Assembly: GCA_037190965.1 (NCBI GenBank)
Contig: JBBCKI010000002.1
Span: forward strand, 64,001 to 128,000
DNA length: 64,000 nt
DNA from: Chthoniobacteraceae bacterium
GTDB taxonomy: Bacteria; Verrucomicrobiota; Verrucomicrobiia; Chthoniobacterales; Chthoniobacteraceae
Reading direction: 5' to 3'
Part shown: positions 11,911 to 21,471 of the stretch, one piece after another
How the letters are laid out: each line of letters opens with the position of its first letter
Numbering within the stretch: position 1 is the first letter of the stretch
Notes under the pieces: model-generated
Databases searched by the model: none
Seen by the model: the letters and a program-made list of their open reading frames with translations, nothing else
What the model was told of the DNA's origin: nothing
Translations under genes and position numbers: made by a program

Positions 11911-13926
11911 CTATTTGGTGTGGCTTTGGTCGACTTCGGAGGTTGGCCGCCACCCGGCCCATGATTCAACCCGGCGCAGGAGCGTCATGTTTGCAGTGGC
12001 GAACATCTCTTGATGCTCTTCGCGGAATTTATCCACGGCTTTCTTCGCATCAAGGACGTTGTTCCTGAGGTCCACGTTGCGCGGATCGCTCTTGGAAGCA
12101 TGATGAGCCGAAAGCGCCTGCATGCAAAGTTCCGCGTGCGTTAGCCATTGCGAGAGAACCTCCACGCGTTTTGCCGTGGCAGGAGAAGCTTTCGCAACTT
12201 CTTTGGCGGCATTCAGCAGCGCGCGCCCTTCGGCAAACGTCTCGGGAGTGAAAATTTTGTCTCCCGATGTGCCGACGATACTCCAGCCACCTTGATTGTT
12301 TTTGATGAACTCGGCATCGCGGCGCAGCGTGATCTTCTCCCAATACTCGAAGTAATTGCGGATCTCATCCTTGGCCGGCTGAAAGGCTGAGTAATACTCC
12401 TCAAGAACGGCATCGACGCTGGCGTCCGGCCTGGCATGGAGACGCGCCAGCATATAGACATTGGGCCCCTGGGTTCCCCACATGCTCGTGAGGGAATCGA
12501 AATCCGTGGCAATCATCCCATTCTTGCGGGCGTACCGGAACTCTTCCCCAAACTCACGGGCAAAGATGTAGGGCATGCAGTAGCCAACCAGGAAATAATT
12601 GGGCCGCAGGAAAAGGCGCGCGCCGGTGCTTGCCCAGCCATCCCACTGCTTGCGGAAGGCGAGCCGATCGCTCTTGTCGAACGGGAAGGTGTAAGGAGGA
12701 ACAATGCCAACGACGATATTGCGGTTCAGCTTGATTCCCGTTGGCGGCTTCGCATACGCCGCATAGGCATACCCGATCACCGTGGCTTCGGGGTCGTGCT
12801 TACGGCCCAATTCCTGAAGGCTCAACCAATAGCGGGCATAGCGATTGGAAAGCGAAGTGCCAGGCGTTTTTTCTCCGACGCTTTTGTCGGCGGTTGCTTT
12901 CTCGCTCTTTTCCGCATCAATCAGCCAGGTGTCTTCACCCTCGGCGCTTCCCTCCGCGTCCCCATCCCACGCCACGCAGGCAGGGCAGGTACAAAAGGGA
13001 TCAACAAGCCTGCGGTCATTCTCGACGCCGTTGATCCACGGTTTTGAGGGATCTTCGGCACGCTGCTTCAACCAGTTTTCAATCACCCGGTTTTGCAGGC
13101 CCGGGTTGGAAACGCACATTTGGACAAGATTCGTGCGTTCATCCACCGGGGCGCGCTGTCCATCGGGGCGAAGTGCAAAGTACTCCGGATGCTCCTTGCC
13201 ATAGAGCTCCCAGTACTTGGCGTAGCCGTGCCCGTACTCAAAGCTCATCCCGCGAGCGAAGCGCTGGCGGCGCAACCAGGTGTTGTTTTCGCGCATATAG
13301 CGTTCGAAAACATCCAGCCTGGTCTCCGGGCGCCCGGTACCGATGCGCAGGCGGGCGTGGATCAAAGAAGGTTCCATGGTCTTTTCGCCCACGGAGCCGG
13401 TGAGTTTCTTTTTGGAATCAATGACGATGCCGTCGTCGCCCGGCCAGATCCAACGCACGTTCAACCGCTCCTCCAGCCAGTCATAGACGGCGAAGAGCGA
13501 CCCCATCCCGTCTGCGTCGTCGCGGGGTAGGATATTGGTCCCATTGCCGTCGTTGCCGATCAGGAAGAGGGCTTTCTCCGTGCTCAAGACGCGGGATGCA
13601 TTCTTGGGAAGAGCTTTAGGGTTGAGCCCTGCCTCCTCCGCCTTCTTTACCGGTCCAATGTAGATCGGGTTTTTTTCGGAAGGGATTTCAGATTCCTTCG
13701 TGATCTCCAAACGGACGCCGGTCGCCAGTTCAACATGGGTTTGCAGTTCCTTGGCTGCATATTGCACGACCGGCGAAGCCGACTCGGGCACGGCGATGAC
13801 AGCAAGGGCCTTGCCTTTGCGGACAATGTCGATGCCCGCTTCTCCTGCTGCATGAGATCCTTGTGCGCTCAACAGGAGAAGGGATGCTGCAAATGCTGCC
13901 GTAGAATGGGTATTGAAAAGGTTCAT
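11911..13926 (-). CDS. DUF4838-domain secreted protein
   Basis: Signal peptide; YAAKELQTHVELATG; AVYDWLEERLNVRWIWPG; HPEYFAL...QMCVSNP; CTCPAC; YAYAAYAKPP; YMLARL. Confidence 0.8.
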   Translation of the reverse strand: MNLFNTHSTAAFAASLLLLSAQGSHAAGEAGIDIVRKGKALAVIAVPESASPVVQYAAKELQTHVELATGVRLEITKESEIPSEKNPIYIGPVKKAEEAGLNPKALPKNASRVLSTEKALFLIGNDGNGTNILPRDDADGMGSLFAVYDWLEERLNVRWIWPGDDGIVIDSKKKLTGSVGEKTMEPSLIHARLRIGTGRPETRLDVFERYMRENNTWLRRQRFARGMSFEYGHGYAKYWELYGKEHPEYFALRPDGQRAPVDERTNLVQMCVSNPGLQNRVIENWLKQRAEDPSKPWINGVENDRRLVDPFCTCPACVAWDGDAEGSAEGEDTWLIDAEKSEKATADKSVGEKTPGTSLSNRYARYWLSLQELGRKHDPEATVIGYAYAAYAKPPTGIKLNRNIVVGIVPPYTFPFDKSDRLAFRKQWDGWASTGARLFLRPNYFLVGYCMPYIFAREFGEEFRYARKNGMIATDFDSLTSMWGTQGPNVYMLARLHARPDASVDAVLEEYYSAFQPAKDEIRNYFEYWEKITLRRDAEFIKNNQGGWSIVGTSGDKIFTPETFAEGRALLNAAKEVAKASPATAKRVEVLSQWLTHAELCMQALSAHHASKSDPRNVDLRNNVLDAKKAVDKFREEHQEMFATANMTLLRRVESWAGWRPTSEVDQSHTK

Positions 13927-14604
13927 CTAGTTAAGCGACGGTGCAGTAAAGGTTTCCACCAATTCAATCGACAGGTTGTCGAGGCCGGTTTCGAAATCGA
14001 TTCCCCCGCCGAAGAAATTAAACTCGTTAATGCCGTTCATGTTGGGAGGCAGGGCATAGAGGCCGGCATTGCGGCCATTGAGATAAGCCTGAAGCTGGTA
14101 GGTTTCAAAATTGAAGTGAAGCTCGACGTGGTTCCAGTCGTCGGCATAGAAGCTGACTTTTGAATCGACGGGTCGCGGCGACTCATGGTTCGCGACCCGC
14201 AGGGTTCCTCGGTCAAAACGAATCGAGGTTCCGCCGGTGCGTTCATAGTCAAAGATGAATTGCCCGGGGATCGTGGCCTTGCCGGGGCGGATATCCAGTT
14301 TGACGACAACCTTGGAGCCAACCGTCGCCGGGAACCGCTTGAGAATGCGGCTTTGGCTGGCGGGTTCGAAACCTTCATGCCATGCGACCCAGCGATTGCC
14401 CGTGGCAGGGTCAACTTTGATGGAGACCCTGCCCGTCATGTTGGTATACGGCCTTCCCTGTTCCCTGCCCTGGGCTTGCCAGCCATGCTGGCCAAGCAGG
14501 TCGCCTTCCGTATAGTTTTGAAACCCCTTTTCGTCGAGTTGTGCATGGATGAACGGGGAGTTTGCAATCAGGGTGGCAAGCACCAAGCCGGTGAGTCTCA
14601 TCAT
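13927..14604 (-). CDS. Secreted beta-sandwich (lectin/ConA-like) hypothetical protein
   Basis: Signal peptide; GDLLGQHGW, WNHVELHFNF...YLNG, LDNLSI pattern; stop abuts the next start codon. Confidence 0.6.
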   Translation of the reverse strand: MMRLTGLVLATLIANSPFIHAQLDEKGFQNYTEGDLLGQHGWQAQGREQGRPYTNMTGRVSIKVDPATGNRWVAWHEGFEPASQSRILKRFPATVGSKVVVKLDIRPGKATIPGQFIFDYERTGGTSIRFDRGTLRVANHESPRPVDSKVSFYADDWNHVELHFNFETYQLQAYLNGRNAGLYALPPNMNGINEFNFFGGGIDFETGLDNLSIELVETFTAPSLN

Positions 14605-14609
14605 GGGGA

Positions 14610-15908
14610 TCAGATCGAAGACGGAAGAGACTGGTTGTTCTTCAAGTTCTTGTCCTTGCGCCCCCGGAGGACCAATAACCCAAAGGCCGAGAGACCGGCA
14701 ATGGCGATGCCGAGGGTGGAAGGCTCAGGAACGAGTTGAACCTGCAGGTTATTTCCATTGATGAGCCAGCCCCCCGTCCCGAAGCTGGTATCGAGGGCAT
14801 AGATGTCACTGGTCAGTTGAAGCTGACTGTAGTCGATCGTCGTGCTTGCAAAGTTTAGCAACGTATAGACCGTGCCGGTGGTGCCGCCCGTCAATACGAA
14901 GTTGATCGTCGAGCCATCGGTATTGGTCAGGGCGTTGGTGATGGTCAATGGCGAGCCACCCAGCGCCAGATCAAACGTAACACCGCCAGCCGCATTAAGG
15001 TTATTCAGGGTGATCCTGGCATTCCCCTTCTGCGCGAAAGTGACGTTTCCGCCCAGCGAAATGGAGCTATTCTGGAAGAGAACATTGCTCTCGGCGATGA
15101 CCTTTGCTCCTGCGCCGAGGCTGGCGGCTCCATTGAAGGTCAATGCGCCATTGTTGGTGGTATCTCCGAAAGTTGCTGTGGCAGCGGCGTTGACCTTGAC
15201 GGCGTTGTTCATGACCTTCTGGGTGCTGGAGGCTGACATCACCTTGCCGCCCGCCATGGTCAATGTCCCTGAACCCAGCACCGTTGGCGAGCCGGTTGCA
15301 AGTTGCACGGTGCCTGAAGAGACGGTGACTCCGCCTGAAAAAGTATTGTTGCCGTTCAGGGCAACGAGCCCGGTGGCATTGAAATTCAGACCGCCTGTTC
15401 CCGATATGATGGTCGAGAGGGAGAGTTGGCCGGTTCCTGTTCCCGTGACGGTTAGATTATTCTGAAGAGTAATCCCGCCGACTCCAACGGTGCCAGTGCC
15501 GTTGATGTTAACAGATGCGCCGCTGTTCTGGACGATGGCTGGGCCAGTGCTTCCGCTGGCCACAAAGTTGAGTGGGGCGGCTCCGGAGGCGACCGTCAAA
15601 GTGACTGCCGCGGTGCCTGTTCCCGTTCCGAAATTAAGCTGATTGATGGAAAGGGCTGCAGTGACGTTGTCTGAGGAGGTGATGGCCGTTGAGCGGCTGT
15701 CGATTTGTACGACGAGATCCGTGCCGGTGTAGCCGCTGATGGGAAAGGAGTTGTTGGGTGACCAGTTCGTAATGGTTGCCCAATTGTTGGAACTCGCACC
15801 TGTCCAGGTGTACGTGGCGGCCCTGGCCGATGGCGACAGGAGATGCAGGCCCGCGAAGGCGATCAGCGCGAGGATCGGTTGAGTTTTCAGGATTGTTTTG
15901 GTTTTCAT
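14610..15908 (-). CDS. PEP-CTERM protein with autotransporter-associated beta-strand repeat (alternative start GTG 15947)
   Basis: Signal peptide ARA|ATYTW, Gly/Thr/Asn-rich beta-helix with NNTFSGGVTVSSGTV, C-terminal VPEPSTLGIAIAGLSAFGLLVLRGRK. Confidence 0.9.
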   Translation of the reverse strand: MKTKTILKTQPILALIAFAGLHLLSPSARAATYTWTGASSNNWATITNWSPNNSFPISGYTGTDLVVQIDSRSTAITSSDNVTAALSINQLNFGTGTGTAAVTLTVASGAAPLNFVASGSTGPAIVQNSGASVNINGTGTVGVGGITLQNNLTVTGTGTGQLSLSTIISGTGGLNFNATGLVALNGNNTFSGGVTVSSGTVQLATGSPTVLGSGTLTMAGGKVMSASSTQKVMNNAVKVNAAATATFGDTTNNGALTFNGAASLGAGAKVIAESNVLFQNSSISLGGNVTFAQKGNARITLNNLNAAGGVTFDLALGGSPLTITNALTNTDGSTINFVLTGGTTGTVYTLLNFASTTIDYSQLQLTSDIYALDTSFGTGGWLINGNNLQVQLVPEPSTLGIAIAGLSAFGLLVLRGRKDKNLKNNQSLPSSI

Positions 15909-15962
15909 GGGGTTTGCCTCTCTTGTTTTGGGGGTGTGGGTCTTCACGGCGCTGCCGGGGAC

Positions 15963-16691
15963 TCAGTTGATGAAATTGGCGGATAAGATGCTCGTCTCCT
16001 TGGGACCGGAGGAGACGTGGCCATCAGCCCAGAGGATGTTCATCTGGTTGGAGTGGCGGTCTTCCAAAGCCTCCCATCCGTTATCCTTTTTTAAGAGTCC
16101 AAGACGCCAGGCGGTATCCGGCGTTTCGCCTGTGGCGGAATCCGTCATCAGAAAAACTTCGGACGGACGTGAAAGCTCCAGGTGCGATTTCGGCTTGGCG
16201 ACACCGTTTTGCACCAAGACGTTGTAGTTCACGACGTAAGGGTAGCCATACGGGCTCTTGATACTCGGGCGATTGGAGTCTGGGTATCCGTTGCGCGGGC
16301 AAACGACGAGCTTGTTCAAGGCCTCCAGGGAGCCGACGTAAGGGACCAGGCCGCCATCGACGGGAACCGAGGGGGTATACCAGAGCCCATACCACCCGAT
16401 AACTTGCTTCATGGTCGCCGCGCCGTTGGCAGGTGGGTAGGTATTGTTGCAATCGTTGCGATAGAGTTGAATGGCAGCGCCGATCTGGCGAAGATTCGAG
16501 ACACACTTGGCGCGCCTCACCGACTCAATGCTCTTTTGCGCGGCGGGAAAAAGCAGGGATGCGACGACGCCAATGATCGCGACGACGATCAACAGCTCAA
16601 TCATCGTGAAAGCGCGAGGCCGCCGCAATGACGCCCCCAGGAAACCACCGCTTTGGCTGGGATTTTGACGTGTCGCTTTCATGGTTTGCAT
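15963..16691 (-). CDS. Prepilin-type N-terminal cleavage/methylation protein with C-terminal H-X9-DG motif (DUF1559-like)
   Basis: RAFTMIELLIVVAIIGVVASLL, KCVSNLRQIGAAIQLY, RHSNQMNILWADGHV. Confidence 0.92.
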   Translation of the reverse strand: MQTMKATRQNPSQSGGFLGASLRRPRAFTMIELLIVVAIIGVVASLLFPAAQKSIESVRRAKCVSNLRQIGAAIQLYRNDCNNTYPPANGAATMKQVIGWYGLWYTPSVPVDGGLVPYVGSLEALNKLVVCPRNGYPDSNRPSIKSPYGYPYVVNYNVLVQNGVAKPKSHLELSRPSEVFLMTDSATGETPDTAWRLGLLKKDNGWEALEDRHSNQMNILWADGHVSSGPKETSILSANFIN

Positions 16692-16757
16692 AAAGATCGA
16701 CCGAAGCGTTGCTTCTTCCCAGCACGGTCGGAAATAGGACCGCTTCTGTCGATAGTC

Positions 16758-16792
16758 GGGGGTTACAGGATTGGTTTGAACTGTTTCATATT
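16758..16792. promoter_or_regulatory. Putative AraC-family operator, copy 1 (upstream of the prepilin-like gene)
   Basis: GGGGGTTACAGGATTGGTTTGAACTGTTTCATATT matches 18392-18426 at 26/35 positions without gaps. Confidence 0.6.
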
Positions 16793-16825
16793 TCAGGCGC
16801 GGGCAGGCGGGATCAGCGCGCTTCG

Positions 16826-18352
16826 CTATTCAAGAACCTGCCTGTCGGCCAGAAGGATGGCTTTCAACTGCTCATAGGGAACGCGCTGGACCGGGCAGGC
16901 TCCTTCGATGGCGAGGTGTGCCGCCGTCGCCGCCGATTGGGCGAGCGCCATGAAGACCGGCTCCATGCGGATCGATCCGAAGGCGATGTGCGACGCCGAG
17001 AGGCAGAACGGCACCAGCAGGTTGGCGCACTCCTGCTCTTTCGGCACGATGGATCGATAAGAAATCGGGTAAGGCGGGAAACCGGCGATCTCCACATTCC
17101 CCTCGTTGAAGGCGCGTCCATTGAGAACGACTCTTCGGCAGTTGTGGGAGTCCATCGTGTAGGCGGCCATCGCGACGGAATCTTGGGCCCTTCGTCCTCC
17201 CAGGCAGTTGGCTTCGGTCATGACATAGTCCGATATCATCCTGCGGGACTCGCGAATGTAAAGCTCATGGGGCCAATGACTTGTGGCGAGGAATTCATCT
17301 TTCGGCAGTCCCCATTCCGCCATTTCCTTCCGGACGGCAACGGGAACCTGATCATCATGCGAAAGAAACCAGAGAAGCCCTTGCGTATAGTTCACGTGGT
17401 CCTGAAAGATCGCCTCGCGGGTTGCGTAGTCGGCGTCCGGCCACGCGTAGTTGGCACCGATGTGGTCCGAGGAAAAACCGCCGAAATTGTTCGTGTCGGT
17501 CTTTCCGTTTGGCATGTGGGTGGTGAGGTAAAGCACGTCCCAGATTCCCGTCGCCAGATAGCGGGCAAGAAGGGTGTAGCGTTCCGGGTCGTAGCCCTGC
17601 GGTTGCGGGAACGGGGCCTTGATGTCGTCCCGTTTGGTCAGGCAGAGGCGGAAGTTGTAAGCCTGCACGCTGCGATCTCCCTGGCCGGGTGTGCCGAGCG
17701 GTTCGCTGCTGATCCCCTTGACCAGCCCACTGCGGGGATCGCCGGCAATCCGGTACGGGTCCACAAACTGCATGAAGTTGTGGTGGGGCGAGTGAAAGTG
17801 AACGCCGTTGTAAATTTCGCCATAGGTGGCATTGGACTCGCGGCCGACGTGGTAAGAAACGCCAGCGGCTGCCAGGAGGTCGCCATCGTAACCGGCGTCG
17901 ATGAAGACCTTCGCCCGGTAGCGGGTGCCATCGTCCATGGCAATCTCGCGGATCTCATTTCCCACTTTGGAAACGGAAGCGAGCCGTTGGTTGTAGTAGA
18001 CCGGCACATCGTGGCACCGGAGTTGACGGAGGAACTCCCCTTCGGCCACGTGCGGCTCAAAGGTCCAGCTTTCGTCGGTTCCGTAATGTTGCCCCAGGGA
18101 GCGGTAAAAGCTGCGAGCCAAGCCGCCGATGACGCGTTTGTTCCCGATGTCGGTAGCTCCAAGGCCGGATGCAGTGATCCCGCCCACGCGATCTCCAAAT
18201 GCCAGTAGCGCAACCTTCAGGCCATGTTTGCGGGCTTGAACGGCAGCCATTACTCCGCCCGAGGTCGCCCCATAGATACAAACATCGGTCTCGATCAAAC
18301 GAGGTGCCTCCGAGGGTGGGGTTGCAGGGGTGAAATAGGCAGGCCGATTCAT
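16826..18352 (-). CDS. FAD-dependent oxidoreductase (PF12831-like)
   Basis: DVCIYGATSGGVMAA, FIDAGYDGDL, VQAYNFRLCL, LYIRESRRM, YPISYRSIVP, SASHIAFGSIRMEP. Confidence 0.88.
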   Translation of the reverse strand: MNRPAYFTPATPPSEAPRLIETDVCIYGATSGGVMAAVQARKHGLKVALLAFGDRVGGITASGLGATDIGNKRVIGGLARSFYRSLGQHYGTDESWTFEPHVAEGEFLRQLRCHDVPVYYNQRLASVSKVGNEIREIAMDDGTRYRAKVFIDAGYDGDLLAAAGVSYHVGRESNATYGEIYNGVHFHSPHHNFMQFVDPYRIAGDPRSGLVKGISSEPLGTPGQGDRSVQAYNFRLCLTKRDDIKAPFPQPQGYDPERYTLLARYLATGIWDVLYLTTHMPNGKTDTNNFGGFSSDHIGANYAWPDADYATREAIFQDHVNYTQGLLWFLSHDDQVPVAVRKEMAEWGLPKDEFLATSHWPHELYIRESRRMISDYVMTEANCLGGRRAQDSVAMAAYTMDSHNCRRVVLNGRAFNEGNVEIAGFPPYPISYRSIVPKEQECANLLVPFCLSASHIAFGSIRMEPVFMALAQSAATAAHLAIEGACPVQRVPYEQLKAILLADRQVLE

Positions 18353-18391
18353 GCCCTCAGGCTAGGACGAACCGCGAGGGTTTCAATCATT

Positions 18392-18426
18392 GGGGGTTTC
18401 AGAATTCAGTTGTCTCGTTTCATATT
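18392..18426. promoter_or_regulatory. Putative AraC-family operator, copy 2 (between the oxidoreductase and divergent araC)
   Basis: GGGGGTTTCAGAATTCAGTTGTCTCGTTTCATATT; same orientation relative to the downstream minus-strand gene as copy 1. Confidence 0.6.
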
Positions 18427-18467
18427 CCGGGCCCCTCCAACCGAGTTTTCTCTGATAAAGCGAGAGA

Positions 18468-18495
18468 TTGCAGTTTCGTGGGGATATTATAGAAT
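18468..18495 (+). promoter_or_regulatory. Sigma70-like promoter of the araC-family gene, probably leaderless
   Basis: TTGCAG-N16-TAGAAT, ending 6 nt before ATG 18502; no Shine-Dalgarno. Confidence 0.5.
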
Positions 18496-18501
18496 TCGGG
18501 A

Positions 18502-19407
18502 ATGCCCGCTTCCAAACAGGATCCACCCCAAACGCTGGCATGGTTGGATTGGACGCATCTGCAGTGCGACTTGATCTGGATCTATGATGGTCCCGTGCGG
18601 ATGGATCACCTCTTCCTGAAGGAGTTCATGCCGGGACAATCCGCGCTCCTGATTCGAGAAGGCGATGTCGAGGTTTCCACCGAGCGCGGAACAACTTCCG
18701 CCAAAGCCGGGGAATGGATCTTCCTCAACGAGGGAAGCCGTATGCAGAAGTTCTCGCCTCACTCGCAGATCCTTTCCATCCGGTTTCATTGCACGTGGCC
18801 GGGACGTCGTCCGCTCTTCGATTGGGATGTCGCCGTCGTGGTTCCTTCGGCGGATATGCCGGAGTTGGAGGAGTGTGCCAAGGAACTGGAGCAACTGGTG
18901 GTGGAGATGTTTCCCACCGCCCGGCTGGAGCTAAAAAATGCGTTAAGCGGGATCGGCAACTACCTGGAAGTGCAGCGCCTCTATATGCGCTGGGTTCAGA
19001 TCTATGCGGAAACACTCTTCGCCAAAGGTTGCTGCCTCTCTCTTTTTGAGGTGGTTGATCCACGCATCCTCCGCGCCATTCAGTTGATGGATCATCACTC
19101 GCTTGAGCAACCATTTCGGGAAGCAAATCTCGCCCGGCAGGTCAATTTGAGCACGAGCCGACTCGGGAAGCTGTTTATCCGGCAATATGGAATTTCGCCA
19201 TGCCGCTATTTTGAGCGGAGGCGGTTTGAAGAAGCCATCGTGCGGGTAAGAACCACGACAGCCCCGTTGAAGGCGATTGCCCAGGAGCTTGGGTTTAGTT
19301 CGCTGCCGCACTTTTCATCCTGGTTCCGGCGAAAGGCACGAATTTCCCCAAACGATCTGCGAAAGAAGATTCTATCGCCTGCAACAACTACGGAATCGTC
19401 AGATTGA
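18502..19407 (+). CDS. AraC-family transcriptional regulator
   Basis: C-terminal double HTH: LARQVNLSTSRLGKLF...GISP, LKAIAQELGFSSLPHFSSWFRR; cupin-like N-terminal domain. Confidence 0.92.
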   Translation: MPASKQDPPQTLAWLDWTHLQCDLIWIYDGPVRMDHLFLKEFMPGQSALLIREGDVEVSTERGTTSAKAGEWIFLNEGSRMQKFSPHSQILSIRFHCTWPGRRPLFDWDVAVVVPSADMPELEECAKELEQLVVEMFPTARLELKNALSGIGNYLEVQRLYMRWVQIYAETLFAKGCCLSLFEVVDPRILRAIQLMDHHSLEQPFREANLARQVNLSTSRLGKLFIRQYGISPCRYFERRRFEEAIVRVRTTTAPLKAIAQELGFSSLPHFSSWFRRKARISPNDLRKKILSPATTTESSD

Positions 19408-19774
19408 GAACCAACTTCTGGGTGGAATGCTGCTTATCGTCAGTCACGACTGTCAATCTCCGGGCCTGCACCCCGCTCATCTTGGCGTGATTGAACACGG
19501 CCTCGATCACACCCGCATCCCCGGGTTGATAGACGACCTTGTCGGCTTCAGCCCGGAAGCAGCCGCAGCAGGACCGGATGTTCTTGATCTTGACCGGATA
19601 ACTTCCGGCGTTTTTGAAGATAAACTTCACCGTCGTCTGGTTGCTCCCGGCTTCCGCCTTGAGATCCAGATCAGGCTTCTCCCAGGCCAACTGCGCCTGC
19701 GCCGAGGCCGCAAAACCGAGGAAAAGGACTGATGCCGCCAACGCAAAAGGAACCGAAAATTTGAGCTTGCTCAT
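19388..19774 (-). CDS. DUF1573-domain secreted protein (start moved to ATG 19774)
   Basis: Signal peptide AQA|Q; FIFKNAGSYPVKIKNIRSCCGC...PGDAGVIEAVFN. Confidence 0.8.
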   Translation of the reverse strand: MSKLKFSVPFALAASVLFLGFAASAQAQLAWEKPDLDLKAEAGSNQTTVKFIFKNAGSYPVKIKNIRSCCGCFRAEADKVVYQPGDAGVIEAVFNHAKMSGVQARRLTVVTDDKQHSTQKLVLNLTIP

Positions 19775-19843
19775 AAGATTCTTGTTCACCCGGTTCGCCT
19801 TTGGCGACAAGCCAAATACCGATCCCGCACCCTGATCAAAAGC

Positions 19844-20743
19844 TCAGCGTTTCCACTGCTCGAACGGGTGCGCCTGCCCGCAATCAGGGCACGCAGTACC
19901 GGCAAACACCCGCTCGCAGGCAGGGCAGGCTCCGCCGGTTTCAAAAGTGTCGAAGGGCTCCTGACAATCTCCACAGGTCCACAAGGCCGCGCGCGGCGGG
20001 TGAACGCGACAGCCGGGACAACTGAAGCTGTTATGCCGGGGCCATGATTCAGCCCGCGCAAGAGCCTTGGCTTCCTGAAAACCATTCCATGACCGGCTGA
20101 GAGCAAAGAACGCGAGGATGCCAATCCAGGGGGACATCTCATAAAGAGCCCACGCAATGAAGCCTGCACTCCCAAGCAGCCCGATGGCGCTCGCCACCGT
20201 CAAGCTCTTGGCGCGGCCCAAGGGAAACCAGAGAAGAGCGCGAAGGATCTGCCCGCCGTCGAGCGGGTAAATCGGCAGCATGTTGAAGATCAACAACACC
20301 GTGTTGATCAGTTGAAGCCGGGTGATGAGCTGGTAAGTCGCGGGAGCATCCCCCGGCAACCCGAAGCTTTTCGCGAGCGCAACCAGCACGAGAAAGACCG
20401 GCACCAGCACCAGATTGACGAGAGGACCCGCCGCGATGCTCCAGAGGATCGGGCCGGGACGCGGGGGTGGGCTGACGTAGGCGACGCCGCCCAATGGCCA
20501 GAGGATGATCTCCCGGGCGGAGCCCCCCACCTGGCGGCATGCGAGGGAGTGCCCGAACTCGTGCATCAGCACCAGCCCGAAAAGCCCGATATACTCCGCC
20601 GCGGCCCAGATCAGCGAACCCGAGTAGGCGGAACGGCGGTCGAGCTGCCAGGCGGCAACGAGAAACCACGACCAGTGGAGGAAGACAGTGATCCCGAAGG
20701 CATCAAAGAGACGATACGAGTTACGGGAGCCGGGAGCCATCAT
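19844..20743 (-). CDS. Site-2 (M50) intramembrane metalloprotease with C-terminal double zinc ribbon
   Basis: HEFGH, AAGPLVN, FNMLPIYPLDGG; four CxxC pairs at the C-terminus. Confidence 0.9.
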   Translation of the reverse strand: MMAPGSRNSYRLFDAFGITVFLHWSWFLVAAWQLDRRSAYSGSLIWAAAEYIGLFGLVLMHEFGHSLACRQVGGSAREIILWPLGGVAYVSPPPRPGPILWSIAAGPLVNLVLVPVFLVLVALAKSFGLPGDAPATYQLITRLQLINTVLLIFNMLPIYPLDGGQILRALLWFPLGRAKSLTVASAIGLLGSAGFIAWALYEMSPWIGILAFFALSRSWNGFQEAKALARAESWPRHNSFSCPGCRVHPPRAALWTCGDCQEPFDTFETGGACPACERVFAGTACPDCGQAHPFEQWKR

Positions 20744-20818
20744 TTATCACGATATAGTAACTGAATTGGAAGTCGAAAACTGTTCGCATTTCGCCGGAGT
20801 TCATCTTAGCCTGAGCGC

Positions 20819-21424
20819 ATGAAACACGGCAAACTTATCGCATTGACGTTCTTGACGGCGGTTTCGGCTCACCTGGCACTCCCAGCGTCGGCTCTCGCCG
20901 CGCCCGAGACTTACGAGATCGACTCGGCCCACTCAAGCATCGGTTTCAAGGTGAAGCACCTTTTCTCCTACGTCACCGGGCGCTTTGACACCGTGGAGGG
21001 TGTCATCGTCCTCGACCCCGATAAGCCAGAGGCCTCCACGGTTAACGTGAGCATCAAGGCCGACAGCATCAACACCGCCAACGCCAAACGCGACGCTCAC
21101 CTCAAAACGGAGGATTTCTTCGCCGTCGAGAAACACCCGGTCCTCACCTTCGCCAGCAAGAGCGTGCAGAAGACCGGGGATGACACCGCCGACGTGATTG
21201 GCGACCTGACGATGCACGGCGTCACCAAGGAGGTGCCGCTCAAGGTGCAGTTCCTCGGCAAAGGCCCCGGCATGCAGGGCGAAACCCGTAGCGGCTTCCA
21301 GGCCACCACGTCGCTCAAGCGGAGCGAATTCGGCCTGACCTGGGGCAAGGTGGTCGAAGGCACCCAACTGGTGGGCGACGACGTGATCATCAACCTCGAA
21401 GTCGAGGGCGTCAAAAAACCTTAA
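20819..21424 (+). CDS. yceI: YceI-family polyisoprenoid-binding protein
   Basis: Signal peptide; YEIDSAHSSIGFKVKH, SINTANAKRDAHL, GDLTMHGVTKEV. Confidence 0.92.
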   Translation: MKHGKLIALTFLTAVSAHLALPASALAAPETYEIDSAHSSIGFKVKHLFSYVTGRFDTVEGVIVLDPDKPEASTVNVSIKADSINTANAKRDAHLKTEDFFAVEKHPVLTFASKSVQKTGDDTADVIGDLTMHGVTKEVPLKVQFLGKGPGMQGETRSGFQATTSLKRSEFGLTWGKVVEGTQLVGDDVIINLEVEGVKKP

Positions 21425-21471
21425 TTTTTCCCAAAAACAACCTGACGATAACTGACGAACCTTAAAAAACG

